Assembly: GCA_963823335.1 (NCBI GenBank) | Contig: CAWGLD010000001.1 | Span: 256,001-320,000, forward strand | Source: an uncultured delta proteobacterium | Lineage (GTDB): Bacteria > Desulfobacterota > Desulfobacteria > Desulfobacterales > B30-G6 | Length of the DNA: 64,000 nucleotides | Reading direction: 5' to 3' | Shown here: in pieces, positions 9,406 through 19,068 of the stretch | Position numbering within the stretch: the first letter of the stretch is position 1 | How the letters are laid out: the number at the start of each line of letters is the position of its first letter | Made by a program: the position numbers and the translations under genes | Notes under the pieces: model-generated | The model's input: the letters and a program-made list of their open reading frames with translations, nothing else | What the model was told of the DNA's origin: nothing | The model's database searches: none

Positions 9406-10308
9406 TTACATCAGTTCAGTACAGTCACAATCCACATCGAACTTTTTGAGAAACCCGACCGGGTTGTAAGACAACTTGGCCTTTCGCAGTCCCTCACTGC
9501 CCAGATCCTGCTCCCGATTTACCATGGCAAACCCCTGACCTGCCTTTTCGAGAAACATCTGATTGATGGCCTGATATATCCCCTTGAAATCATGATTCCC
9601 TTTTTCAAAATGGATTACCAGTGTGTCTGCAGAAAGCTTTTCGGCTACCGTATACCCCGCCATATCCGTTTCAACCATGATGGCACCGCCCATCAGACGA
9701 GGGAACTTCCCCCAGTTGTTGAGCACTTTTGAAATGGCCTGGTTTTCCGAATTAAGAGCTGCCTGGGATGCACAATCCCTCCAGGTACACCAGTTTTCCT
9801 GCATCTGGACGGTCTGATGAATATTGTCTGCACTCAGGGGTAGGTATTGACAGTCGTATCTCTTGCTGAATTGATTCAAGAGGTTCTTTTTCTTGTGAAA
9901 CTTATTGCCCTTCAGTTCAACAAGCTCCCTTACCGAATACAGGTAGTCCCAGTGCTCCCTGGATGGCTGTGCTTCGCAATGCAGGTCGGGGGTCTGCTGC
10001 CATATTTGCAGCAATGCTTCCGGCACACGGGCGAAGGACACTGCACCACTGAAATGAAGCTGTAGTGTTTTCACCCAGTCCATACCCTTCCAATCACCCA
10101 CAGGTGCCCAGTATCTTTCAACGGGACGCGACTGCCGAATCCATATCAGCTCAGGTGTCCAGGCCCACTCAAGTCCATACACATCCGCCCATCCCCACAG
10201 GTTGAGAAAACTGTAATCCGATGCTTGTTCCGAACAAAGATCCAGAAATTGGAAATATTCCGACTGTCTCTCGATCTGGATGGGTTCAAAGTGGAGTGAC
10301 ATGCTCAC
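9406..10308 (-). CDS. DUF2156 / aminoacyl-phosphatidylglycerol synthase transferase-like domain protein
   Basis: SDYSFLNL, DYLY..EL..LKG.KFHKKKN, HFEKG, NREQDLG.EGLRKAKLSYNP. Confidence 0.88.
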   Translation of the reverse strand: MSMSLHFEPIQIERQSEYFQFLDLCSEQASDYSFLNLWGWADVYGLEWAWTPELIWIRQSRPVERYWAPVGDWKGMDWVKTLQLHFSGAVSFARVPEALLQIWQQTPDLHCEAQPSREHWDYLYSVRELVELKGNKFHKKKNLLNQFSKRYDCQYLPLSADNIHQTVQMQENWCTWRDCASQAALNSENQAISKVLNNWGKFPRLMGGAIMVETDMAGYTVAEKLSADTLVIHFEKGNHDFKGIYQAINQMFLEKAGQGFAMVNREQDLGSEGLRKAKLSYNPVGFLKKFDVDCDCTELM

Positions 10309-10760
10309 CAGACCTCCGGAAAGCCGATATCGACAAAGGCGTTTTCCATCCTGCGCTTGTGGCCCTTTTCCATGGCTGCCAGGTCCAGAAAGATCTTCTT
10401 TTTGTCAGGTTCCGGACATGCCTCGGCCAAGGCCGTGTACTGAATCACGGCCGCTTCTTCCTTTTTCATGGCCAAGGCGATGGCATCGGCCGGCGTCATG
10501 TCCGTGGTAAGCTCCGGTAAATCCACATCCTCGGCAACATGATAATCCTGCCCCTCAGAAAAATAATCCCCCATACGATTGCTGATGTAAACCTGCTTCA
10601 AGATCTCCCGGTGCCGCTTTTCCTCTTCCGCAAAGTCGGCAAACATTTCCTTTAATTGTGTGTTTTCGACCTTTTGGGCGGCTTCTTCATAAAATTTCTG
10701 GGCCTCAACCTCATTTTCCATTGCAAATTTGATGATATTTTTGTACTCACTTAAAATCAT
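10305..10760 (-). CDS. ferritin-like / rubrerythrin-family di-iron protein
   Basis: AMENEVEAQKFY, EEKRH, KEEAA, MEKGH di-iron ligand pattern. Confidence 0.88.
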   Translation of the reverse strand: MILSEYKNIIKFAMENEVEAQKFYEEAAQKVENTQLKEMFADFAEEEKRHREILKQVYISNRMGDYFSEGQDYHVAEDVDLPELTTDMTPADAIALAMKKEEAAVIQYTALAEACPEPDKKKIFLDLAAMEKGHKRRMENAFVDIGFPEVW

Positions 10761-10846
10761 ATCAGACCCCTTTCACGGTTACGGTTTTGACATCAAAAAA
10801 AGATACCCATGACAGATTCTAAAGGATAGTATATTAGTGTGGTTAT

Positions 10847-10862
10847 TGCAAATATTATGCCG
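10847..10862 (-). promoter_or_regulatory. sigma54 (-24/-12) promoter for the ferritin-like/DUF2156 operon
   Basis: Minus strand CGGCAT-AATAT-TTGCA, canonical GG-N10-GC, about 90 bp upstream of the start at 10760. Confidence 0.65.
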
Positions 10863-10886
10863 CCAATTAAATAATAGGAGGATATC

Positions 10887-11717
10887 ATGCGTTGGAGACA
10901 GTTTTTTACACCGGTAACATCCATTTCTGCATCCAAAGCCAAAAACATCATGGCCGAGGGGAATCCAGAGACCTTCAACCTCGTGGATGTCCGTCAGCCA
11001 AGTGAATATGAAGCCCATCATATTCCAGGTGCCAAACTCATCCCCATTGCCGAACTTGACAAAAGGCTGCATGAACTGGACCCTGCCAAACCGACACTGG
11101 TCTATTGAGCGGTGGGCGGACGAAGCCGTGTGGCTTCGCAGATGCTTTCAGGAAAAGGATTCGAAAACGTCATGAACATGGCAGGGGGTATCAGGGCATG
11201 GGACGACCCGATGGCAATGGGTTCCGAAGAGCAGGGCCTGGCACTCTTCGACGGTACGGAATCACCCGAAGATACCCTCCGGATCGCCTATTCCCTTGAA
11301 GCGGGATTACGCGATTTTTACCTCTCCATGACCCAAAAGGTGCCGACCATGACGGTTCGGAATCTCTTCCGGAAACTGTCTGATATAGAAATAAAGCACC
11401 AGGACCGGTTATTTGATGAATATCTGCGGATGTCCGGAAAAACCATCGACAGGGAGTCCTTTGACAAACAAACGACAGCTTCCGCCGTCGAGGGGGGACT
11501 CACCACGGAAGAATACATCGCCATGTTCAAACCGGACCTGGAATCTCCGGGGGATGTGGTATCGCTGGCCATGTCCATCGAGGCCCAGGCCCTGGACCTG
11601 TATACACGCGCATCCCAAAGGGGAGGAGACCAGGGCAGCAAAGCGGTTTTGCAAAAAATCGCCCAGGAGGAGAGAACCCATCTCGAGCAGCTGGGGCAGC
11701 TGTTCAATGATCTTTAG
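10887..11717 (+). CDS. selenocysteine-containing rhodanese fused to a ferritin/rubrerythrin-like domain (Sec at TGA 11106-11108)
   Basis: ORFs 10887..11108 and 11112..11717 are in frame. Read-through gives PTLVY-U-AVGGRS at the rhodanese active-site Cys. DVRQPSEYEAHHIPGA motif; C-terminal EIKH/ERTH ligands; AGGAGG RBS. Confidence 0.88.
11121..11138 (+). promoter_or_regulatory. bacterial SECIS hairpin
   Basis: CGAAGCC-GTGT-GGCTTCG, a perfect 7-bp stem whose loop starts with G 20 nt after the UGA. Confidence 0.75.
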
Positions 11718-11846
11718 CGCGAACCTGGCATAAGAGAAGTTTTCATCAGCTGAACAGGCACACTGCAGGGGGATTGGGGAAGATACCTCGAAGAAGCCGA
11801 ATATCGATTATCCAACAAGAAACCGCACAAGCATGGAGACCTTGAA

Positions 11847-12962
11847 ATGACCAAACATCTCGTTCTCGTTGGTGGCGGACATGCCCATATGATGACCCTG
11901 GCAAATCTTCACACTTTTGTAGAGAAAGGGTATCGGGTAACCGTGGTGGGCCCCTCGGCTTACCACTACTATTCCGGTATGGGACCCGGCATGCTGGGAA
12001 AAACCTACACTGCGGACGATATCCGGTTCGCTACCCGTCAGGTGGTGGAAAAACAGGGAGGTACTTTTCTGCTTGGGAAAGCCACCAGCGTGGACCCCCT
12101 CGCAAAGACCCTCTTGCTCGAATCCGGTGATCACATCCCTTATGATGTCATCTCGTTCAATGCCGGCAGCTATGTTCCCCTGTTGAACCTTTCTGAAGTG
12201 CCGGACCATATCTACTCGGCCAAACCCATCGAACGACTGCTGGAGGCGCAGACACGGATCCTTGGGTTGTGTTCTCAAAAAGAAATCACCATCGGTATCG
12301 TCGGCGGCGGTCCCTCCTCGGCCGAAATCGCAGGCAATCTCTGGCAGTTGACCCAGAACAACAGAAGCTATGCGCCCGAAATCAAGATTTTTGCAGGCCG
12401 GCGATTCATGTCAAGGTTTCCCCAAAGGGTACGAACCAAGATCGAGAGATCTCTCACGCGACGTGGCATCCGCATCCTGTCCGGCAGTTATGTCGAAACA
12501 ATCGAATCCAAAACAGTTGTTCTGGCATCGGGTGAACACCACGACCTCGATGTTATTTTTCTGGCCCTGGGGGTCAGACCAAACCGTCTGTTCAAAAGAT
12601 CCGGATTGCCCACCGGTCCCGACGGAGGGCTCCTGGTAAATGCGCATCTTCAGTGTAGCGCCCATCCAGACATTTTCGGTGGAGGCGATTGTATCTATTT
12701 TGAACCCCGACCCCTGGATAAGGTCGGTGTCTATGCAGTCCGTGAAAATCCAGTTCTCTATGCCAATCTCATGGCGGCGCTGGAGGGTGAACCGCTACAA
12801 TCCTTTGATCCGGGTGGCGATTATCTCCTGATCTTCAACCTGGGGGGTGGTAAGGGGGTCCTGCAGAAAAGATGGCTTGTGCTGGACGGAAAACTGGCTT
12901 TTTTCATCAAGGATGCCATCGACCGGAAGTTCATGAAAAAATTTCAGGTCATCGAAAGATAA
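11847..12962 (+). CDS. FAD/NAD-dependent oxidoreductase resembling the domain found N-terminal to SelD (NDH-2/SQR-like fold)
   Basis: LVLVGGGHAH, YSGMGPG, IFGGGDC, KVGVYAVR, KDAIDRKFM. Confidence 0.8.
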   Translation: MTKHLVLVGGGHAHMMTLANLHTFVEKGYRVTVVGPSAYHYYSGMGPGMLGKTYTADDIRFATRQVVEKQGGTFLLGKATSVDPLAKTLLLESGDHIPYDVISFNAGSYVPLLNLSEVPDHIYSAKPIERLLEAQTRILGLCSQKEITIGIVGGGPSSAEIAGNLWQLTQNNRSYAPEIKIFAGRRFMSRFPQRVRTKIERSLTRRGIRILSGSYVETIESKTVVLASGEHHDLDVIFLALGVRPNRLFKRSGLPTGPDGGLLVNAHLQCSAHPDIFGGGDCIYFEPRPLDKVGVYAVRENPVLYANLMAALEGEPLQSFDPGGDYLLIFNLGGGKGVLQKRWLVLDGKLAFFIKDAIDRKFMKKFQVIER

Positions 12963-12977
12963 ATTTGCGATGCAACT

Positions 12978-14513
12978 TTATCTTTTAATATTTCCCACTG
13001 CCACCAGATATAACAGATAACTATCGCTATTGAGGGACAACAGTTCTCTGGCTTCATTGTCATAAAAGGCCCCGATGCCGCAGCAACCCAAACCCAGGGC
13101 CGTACTCCCCAGATACAACCGCTGACCGAGTTTGCCGGCCTCCATCATGGCGTAGCGGTAGCCCCTGGCCCCACAACTCTCATCCAGCGCCTTCAGGTTT
13201 GCCACAAACAGAAACAGGGCGCCTGCGTTGGCAATCCATCGTTGATCCAGGCAGATACCGGTCATTTTTTCGATAAAAAGCCCCGGTTTCAGCAGTCCAT
13301 AGGCCCTTTCAAGATCTGCAAGCTGATAATAGCCCGCATCGAACCCTTCCACTTGACCCAATAAAAACCCTGTCGTAACGGGCCTTGCACAGGTTTCCGC
13401 CTTTCCACCGGGACCTGCCGCCATACTCAGCAGAGATAGCAGCCGCATAACAGACATAGCCGGTATGGGTTGCCTTACAAAGTTTCTTCTGGAGCGCCGC
13501 CCCTGGACAACATCGACATAGCCAGTCCCATGGTTTTTCACCTCCGGCTGCCGGACAGGAAACCACTCGGTAGGTTCAGGCAGGGTGATCGCCGACATTT
13601 CGCTGCCTAAGTTCCGGTGTTTGCCTGGTTCGGAGCTTGCAATATACATCTGTTGCATGGCTTCAAATGAGACTTCACGGGAAGATACGCGACTGGCACC
13701 GATCATCTCTGCATCCAGTGCCATGGGTCGGAGGGGAGAAGATCCTCGCTCAATACCATGCCGTCTCTCCTCCAGATGGACATCCACAATGGCAAAACAA
13801 GCCTCTTTGTGTCTGTCCAACCCCACCAGCGAACACAGACGCTCATCCTCAAAATCATAGCGTACCGAACAGGATAACCCTGCAAATGTCAGCGTTGACA
13901 TCAGATTTTCAACCAGATGCCCGGTATCGAGCAGCACATATCGAAATGCCCTTTTGCGGTATTTCCATGAACTTCGAAAAAAAATGCCACTCAGAATAAA
14001 TGAGACCCATTTTTTTTCAGATTTCGGGATGGTGAGCGCTTCGGCGATATGCGCCGATGCATCTTCTCCACGCAGCTGCTGGAGGAAAAACCCCTGGATA
14101 TCATAGTGGAACAAACCCTTGGGCAAACCTGGAATACCTTGCCCTGACACATAGATTTCAACGGGGTACAGGGCGCCGGCCGATGGGACGCTGCGGTACA
14201 GATATTCCTGACCGCCCGCCCGTTGACGGGCCGTGTAGCCGTATGACAGACCCAGAACTGCTGCCACGGACTGAACATCCATGGTCCCACTGCCGCAAGT
14301 GTTTTCCGTGTCTTGCATGACCTGCCAGAAGGGTTTTGCCGTCCAGCCGATCTTTGGTTCAAGCACAATCTTTGGAAGCAGCGGATACGATTTGGTCTGA
14401 CGCGGGACATTTGGCCAGTCCATGGTATGGCGGGGCATGTGTAAGCGGTCATAGCCGGTAGCATCGTGATATTCCCGACCGCCAAGAATGAGCGTGTTAT
14501 CTTTATCGTTCAT
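12978..14513 (-). CDS. SagB/ThcOx-type nitroreductase-family protein with duplicated domain
   Basis: RSVPSAGALYP, WKYRKRAFRY..LDTGH, RRSRRNF, RGYRY..MEAG..GQ.LYL, GIGAFYD. Confidence 0.85.
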   Translation of the reverse strand: MNDKDNTLILGGREYHDATGYDRLHMPRHTMDWPNVPRQTKSYPLLPKIVLEPKIGWTAKPFWQVMQDTENTCGSGTMDVQSVAAVLGLSYGYTARQRAGGQEYLYRSVPSAGALYPVEIYVSGQGIPGLPKGLFHYDIQGFFLQQLRGEDASAHIAEALTIPKSEKKWVSFILSGIFFRSSWKYRKRAFRYVLLDTGHLVENLMSTLTFAGLSCSVRYDFEDERLCSLVGLDRHKEACFAIVDVHLEERRHGIERGSSPLRPMALDAEMIGASRVSSREVSFEAMQQMYIASSEPGKHRNLGSEMSAITLPEPTEWFPVRQPEVKNHGTGYVDVVQGRRSRRNFVRQPIPAMSVMRLLSLLSMAAGPGGKAETCARPVTTGFLLGQVEGFDAGYYQLADLERAYGLLKPGLFIEKMTGICLDQRWIANAGALFLFVANLKALDESCGARGYRYAMMEAGKLGQRLYLGSTALGLGCCGIGAFYDNEARELLSLNSDSYLLYLVAVGNIKR

Positions 14514-15418
14514 GATTCTTCATGCAGAAGATTCTCCAGAGCATTTTCAAGAACCGGGTATCGAAATTCAAATCCGTGATACTGGAGCTTTTGCGGAACA
14601 CATCGCTGGCTGCTCAGCATGACGTCTCCCAGTTCACCCATGATCAATTTCAGGACAAAGGCAGGTATTCTCAAGACTGCCGGTCGGCCCAGGGCTTTTC
14701 CCAAGGCCTTGGCAAAGGCCTGGTTTCTCTGCGGGTGGGGAGAACAGAAATTAAAGGGCCCCTGCATGTCCTCATTTTCAAGGATCATCTCCACGGCAGC
14801 TGCCAGATCTTGTATATGCATCCAGGAAAACCACTGTCTGCCCGATCCCATAGGTCCTCCGGCAAGAAATTTAAAGGCGGGCAGCATCCTGGCCAGGGCG
14901 CCCCCGTTTTCACCAAGAATGACGCCGAAACGAAGCAGGGCCACACGGGAACCCTTGGCCTGCGCCTGAAGGGCCTCTTTTTCCCAGTCAACGCTCAAAC
15001 CGGCCAGAAAATCATCCCCAGAGAAGGACGATTCTTGCAGGAGCTCATCGCCCCGATCACCGTAATAGCCGATAGCGGAGGTGTTGAGAAGGATTGGGTG
15101 GTGTTTTTCTCCCATGGCCATAACCAGGTTTCGTGTGGTCAGGACACGGCTCTCGTAGATCTGGCGCTTGGCTAAATCCGTCCAGTAACGAAAAATATTT
15201 CGTCCGGCAAGATTGATAACGGCATCGACTTCGCCGACACGATCCTGCCAGGACCCCGGGACGGTGGTGTCGGCTGAAACATACTCAAACCCGTCACTCC
15301 TCCCCATATCAGGTCGGGGCCGCGAACCCGTGGCAATCACATGGTGGTCCCTGTGCACGAGATATCGCGACAGATAGCTTCCCACAAAACCCGCTCCACC
15401 GGTTATCAATATTTTCAT
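14510..15418 (-). CDS. TIGR01777-type NAD-dependent epimerase/oxidoreductase
   Basis: Start reassigned to MKILITGGAGFVG; INLAG, SAIGYYG, GSGRQWFSWMH. Confidence 0.9.
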   Translation of the reverse strand: MKILITGGAGFVGSYLSRYLVHRDHHVIATGSRPRPDMGRSDGFEYVSADTTVPGSWQDRVGEVDAVINLAGRNIFRYWTDLAKRQIYESRVLTTRNLVMAMGEKHHPILLNTSAIGYYGDRGDELLQESSFSGDDFLAGLSVDWEKEALQAQAKGSRVALLRFGVILGENGGALARMLPAFKFLAGGPMGSGRQWFSWMHIQDLAAAVEMILENEDMQGPFNFCSPHPQRNQAFAKALGKALGRPAVLRIPAFVLKLIMGELGDVMLSSQRCVPQKLQYHGFEFRYPVLENALENLLHEES

Positions 15419-15428
15419 GGTTATTGCC

Positions 15429-15887
15429 TTACAACATGCTCCGTAATTGCCGTTCGATCTCGGGTTTGGCGTAGGTCCCGGCCAGGGTATGCAGAACCCG
15501 GCCGTTTTTAAAAAAGAGCAGCGTCGGCACACTCAGCACATGGTACCGGGCCGCCGTCATGGGGTTTTGATCGATATTGAGTTTGGCCACCTTGACATGC
15601 CCGGAAAATTCCCTGGCGAGTTGATCAATTATCGGCGCAATCATTCGACAGGGCCCGCACCATGCCGCCCAGCAGTCCAGAAGCACCACCCCCGGATATG
15701 CCAGAACGTCTTCCTGAAACGACCGGTCCGTCACCATCACCGGGTGTTGAATCGCTGAAGGCGGCGGCAGTTTACTGCGGCACTTCCCGCACACAGGCCC
15801 ATCTTTCACACGACTTTTGGGTATGCGATTCCTGGTTTTACAATTGGTACACTGAATGATGTAACTGTCGGTATCCATTGGCCTCAC
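15429..15887 (-). CDS. trxC: thioredoxin 2 (N-terminal zinc finger)
   Basis: CTNC...CGKC zinc finger plus WCGPC; the start may instead be 15878. Confidence 0.9.
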   Translation of the reverse strand: MRPMDTDSYIIQCTNCKTRNRIPKSRVKDGPVCGKCRSKLPPPSAIQHPVMVTDRSFQEDVLAYPGVVLLDCWAAWCGPCRMIAPIIDQLAREFSGHVKVAKLNIDQNPMTAARYHVLSVPTLLFFKNGRVLHTLAGTYAKPEIERQLRSML

Positions 15888-17248
15888 CTGATAAGTTTGT
15901 CCAGTTCCTCTTGGGTCAGAAGACCCTCTTCCAGTACCACGTCCGCGATACGCTTCCCCGAGGCGTGGGCCTTTTTTGAAATAGCTGCAGATGCGTCATA
16001 CCCCAGCTGCGGGACCAGATAGGTTGCCAGGGCCAGGCTCTTGTCGACATAAAACGTGCACTTTTCCATATCGGCTCTGACCCCCTGGATGCACTTTTCC
16101 GCAAAAGAACGGGCGCCGATGGAAAGCAGCGCTATGGATTGCAGCAGATTGTAAGCAATGACGGGCATCATGACGTTCAATTCGAAACTGCCGCTCTGAC
16201 CCGCCAGGGTGATGGTGAGATCGTTTCCCATCACCTGGGCTGCAATCTGCAGAACCGATTCCGGGATGACGGGATTCACTTTGCCCGGCATGATCGAGGA
16301 CCCTGGCTGTAGCGACGGGATTTTTATTTCAGCGAGACCACAGCGCGGACCAGATGCAAGCCACCTGATATCATTCGCAATTTTTGTCAGACTAACTGCC
16401 GTGGTCTTTAATGCGCCGCTCATCTCCACGGCTGCATCCTTGGCACTCTGGGCCTCGAAATGATGCACAGCCTCCGAAAAATCAGTTTTCAAGTGGGCCG
16501 ACAGCATCTGAATCACACGATCTGCAAACTGCGGGTGTGTATTCAATCCGTTACCGACGGCTGTCCCGCCCAGAGGAAGTTCCCTGAGATTTTCAGAGGC
16601 ATTTTCAATCCGTTTGATGGAAAGGGTAACCTGCCGGGCGTACCCGCCGAATTCATCCCCCAGATAAATGGGCACGGCATCCTGAAGATGCGTCCTGCCG
16701 ATCTTCCGGATGGAAGCAAATTCAGTTGCTTTTTTCATCAAAGCTGTCTGGAGTGTTTCCAGGGCCGGAATCAATTCCCTCTGTATGGCCGTCAACCCGG
16801 CCACATGGATGACACTGGGTATGATATCGTTGCTGGACTGCCCGAGATTCACATGGTCGTTTGGATGCACCGGGGATTTGCCGTCTTTTTTGCCCGTAAG
16901 CAGTTCATTGGCCCTGCATGCGATCACTTCGTTCATATTCATGTTCGTGGATGTGCCCGATCCTGTCTGAAAAAGGTCCACCACAAAGGCATGGTCGAAT
17001 TTGCCGTCAATCACTTCGAGAGCGGCGGTCATGATGGCTTTTGCCGGCGCTGGATCCAAGAGTTGCAGCTCGGCATTGACGGCTGCCGCCATCTGTTTGA
17101 TGATGGCAAGAGACCGGATAAAAGCGCCCGGCAACTTGAGCCCGCTGTCCATGAAATTTTGTCGGGCCCGTTCTGTTTGAGCACCATAGTAGGCATTTTC
17201 GGGGAGCTCTACGCTGCCCAGGGAATCTTTTTCCAGTCTTGTTTTCAT
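15884..17248 (-). CDS. fumC: class II fumarate hydratase
   Basis: QTGSGTSTNMN, GRTHLQDA, GSSIMPGKVNP. Confidence 0.9.
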   Translation of the reverse strand: MKTRLEKDSLGSVELPENAYYGAQTERARQNFMDSGLKLPGAFIRSLAIIKQMAAAVNAELQLLDPAPAKAIMTAALEVIDGKFDHAFVVDLFQTGSGTSTNMNMNEVIACRANELLTGKKDGKSPVHPNDHVNLGQSSNDIIPSVIHVAGLTAIQRELIPALETLQTALMKKATEFASIRKIGRTHLQDAVPIYLGDEFGGYARQVTLSIKRIENASENLRELPLGGTAVGNGLNTHPQFADRVIQMLSAHLKTDFSEAVHHFEAQSAKDAAVEMSGALKTTAVSLTKIANDIRWLASGPRCGLAEIKIPSLQPGSSIMPGKVNPVIPESVLQIAAQVMGNDLTITLAGQSGSFELNVMMPVIAYNLLQSIALLSIGARSFAEKCIQGVRADMEKCTFYVDKSLALATYLVPQLGYDASAAISKKAHASGKRIADVVLEEGLLTQEELDKLIR

Positions 17249-17341
17249 GTATTTCAATCCGTTTCATCCGAGGTACCCATGGCCGGAGGATGAATGCCCC
17301 TATAGTAAATTTATTTGTCCATTACTTTCCAAGATGTCCAG

Positions 17342-17938
17342 CTATCCAGATCTGCCATCGTCACAGGCATCGTCTTCCCCTTCCCCCCTGGCATGCTCGG
17401 CCGTAAAACTGGAGGTGCACGCATCGATGCTGGCTGCATTTTTCAGTGCCTTCAGTGCTTTTTCGTAATTTGGCTCTGTTGCCACCTCACTGACAAGCTC
17501 CGAATAAATGATCTTGCCGGATTCGTCCAGCACCACGACGGCCCTGGCCAGCAAGCCGGCCAAGGGTCCATCCATGATGACGACACCATATTTTTCTCCG
17601 AAATCCCGGTGACGCATCTCTGACAAAGCAATGGCGTTTTCGATACCTTCCGCTTCACAAAACCGGTTATGTGCAAAGGGCAAATCTCTTGAAATACACA
17701 AAACAACCGCATTTTCATGCTGGCTGATTTCTGTGTTGAACCGACGAACAGAAGCCGAGCAAGTGGGCGTATCGATACTGGGGAAAATGTTCAGTACAAC
17801 CCGCTTTCCAGCCACATCCCTCAGGGACATGTCGGACAAGTCTCTTTTGGTCAGTGAAAAATCGGGTGCGGCATACCCTGGAGACGGTAAGTTTCCTGAT
17901 GTATGGATTGAATTTCCTTTGAGTGTAATCTGGGCCAT
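17342..17938 (-). CDS. tpx: thiol peroxidase with a C-terminal extension
   Basis: FPSIDTPTC, ISRDLPFA..RFC, LLARAVVVLD, EPNY. Confidence 0.92.
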   Translation of the reverse strand: MAQITLKGNSIHTSGNLPSPGYAAPDFSLTKRDLSDMSLRDVAGKRVVLNIFPSIDTPTCSASVRRFNTEISQHENAVVLCISRDLPFAHNRFCEAEGIENAIALSEMRHRDFGEKYGVVIMDGPLAGLLARAVVVLDESGKIIYSELVSEVATEPNYEKALKALKNAASIDACTSSFTAEHARGEGEDDACDDGRSG

Positions 17939-18007
17939 GGTTTCCTCCTTATGTCAAAATCCGGTTTGTGTGACGATGTAATTTGTCAATCTTCTCTAAT
18001 AAATGGA

Positions 18008-18023
18008 TACAATAAACATGCCA
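18008..18023 (-). promoter_or_regulatory. possible sigma54 promoter for tpx
   Basis: Minus strand TGGCAT-GTTTA-TTGTA; the -12 element has GT instead of GC. Confidence 0.4.
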
Positions 18024-18096
18024 GAACCCCGTGAGTTTCACAAGTCCAATACCCGTTCCTCAGATTTATTAAAAGAGAATGACGTTTGCATACAGG

Positions 18097-18112
18097 TGGT
18101 ATGATTGTTGCT
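18097..18112 (+). promoter_or_regulatory. sigma54 promoter upstream of the 18164 ORF
   Basis: TGGTAT-GATTG-TTGCT, GG-N10-GC. Confidence 0.6.
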
Positions 18113-18163
18113 TTCCGGATTATGAGGTATTATGTTTATATCATCAAATACAAAGGAGGGTTA

Positions 18164-18379
18164 ATGATGACCGATCACAACAAACGCTATCACATCAACT
18201 CCGCCTGTCCCCAGTGCGGATGCAGTTTCGCCCAGGTATTGAACGGCGAAGAACTGAAAAAAAAATATGGGGATATGCCGAATGTGGAACTTGAATGTGG
18301 CGAGTGCATGATTAAATTCCAGGAGGAAACGAAAAAGGCCTGCCCGGAATGGGATAAGGACTGTAGGTTAGAGGAATAG
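18164..18379 (+). CDS. small Cys-rich (zinc-ribbon-like) hypothetical protein
   Basis: AAGGAGG RBS before ATG 18164; CPQCGC, CGEC, CPEWDKDC. Confidence 0.75.
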   Translation: MMTDHNKRYHINSACPQCGCSFAQVLNGEELKKKYGDMPNVELECGECMIKFQEETKKACPEWDKDCRLEE

Positions 18380-18414
18380 ACAAACAACTTCATCCATTAA
18401 AGAAAGGTTAGCCC

Positions 18415-18894
18415 ATGGTGTATGACTTCAATGCAGATGAAATTCTTCAAATGGCAGAACAGCTCGAAAGAAATGGAGCTGAATTTTATAGAAAATCAAC
18501 CGAGAGAGTCCAGGACCCGGCCGGCAAGAAACTGTTGATGAACCTGGCCGAAATGGAGGATCAACACGAAAAAACCTTTGCTGCGTTGAGATCAAAACTG
18601 ACGGCGGATGAAAAAGCCCAGACAGTTTTTGATCCTCAAGGCGAGACCGTGGGTTATCTAAAGGCCCTGGCGGATTCAAAAGTTTTTTTTGATAAAACCA
18701 TCGATACAGACAGCATGGAAGGCATTTTGAAAGAAGCCATCACCACTGAAAAGGATTCCATCCTGTTCTATCTGGGCATCAAGGATGTGGTGCCGGAAGC
18801 CCTCGGCAAGAGCAGAATCGATCAGGTTATCAAGGAAGAAATGTCCCATATCAATCTGCTGACCAGAGAGCTGGTGGCCCTCAAGAAAGGGTAA
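18415..18894 (+). CDS. ferritin-like / rubrerythrin-family protein
   Basis: AEQLERNGAEFY, MEDQH, EKDSILFY, EEMSH. Confidence 0.88.
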   Translation: MVYDFNADEILQMAEQLERNGAEFYRKSTERVQDPAGKKLLMNLAEMEDQHEKTFAALRSKLTADEKAQTVFDPQGETVGYLKALADSKVFFDKTIDTDSMEGILKEAITTEKDSILFYLGIKDVVPEALGKSRIDQVIKEEMSHINLLTRELVALKKG

Positions 18895-19033
18895 CATTCG
18901 GATAGAACCGGCTTTCGTGAACGGATACGGTCAAAAATGAGACCACCGTCAGGTTCAGAACAACATACCAGAAAGGCAGATCCTCCTCGAGACCCAACCA
19001 GGACGGGATGTGTCTCTTGATGGGCAAGTGATA

Positions 19034-19068
19034 CACTATTGTCTCGCTTTATAAATGAGACAATAGTG
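19034..19068. promoter_or_regulatory. perfect 12-bp inverted repeat upstream of nifU (operator or hairpin)
   Basis: CACTATTGTCTC-N11-GAGACAATAGTG. Confidence 0.45.

Noticed and set aside
11112-11717. Separate gene, or a nonsense-broken pseudogene
   Set aside because: The TGA falls exactly on the catalytic Cys and is followed by a SECIS-like hairpin, so read-through is the simpler explanation.
12978-14513. Azole-RiPP biosynthetic cluster
   Set aside because: No YcaO, E1-like protein or precursor peptide nearby; neighbours are housekeeping redox genes.
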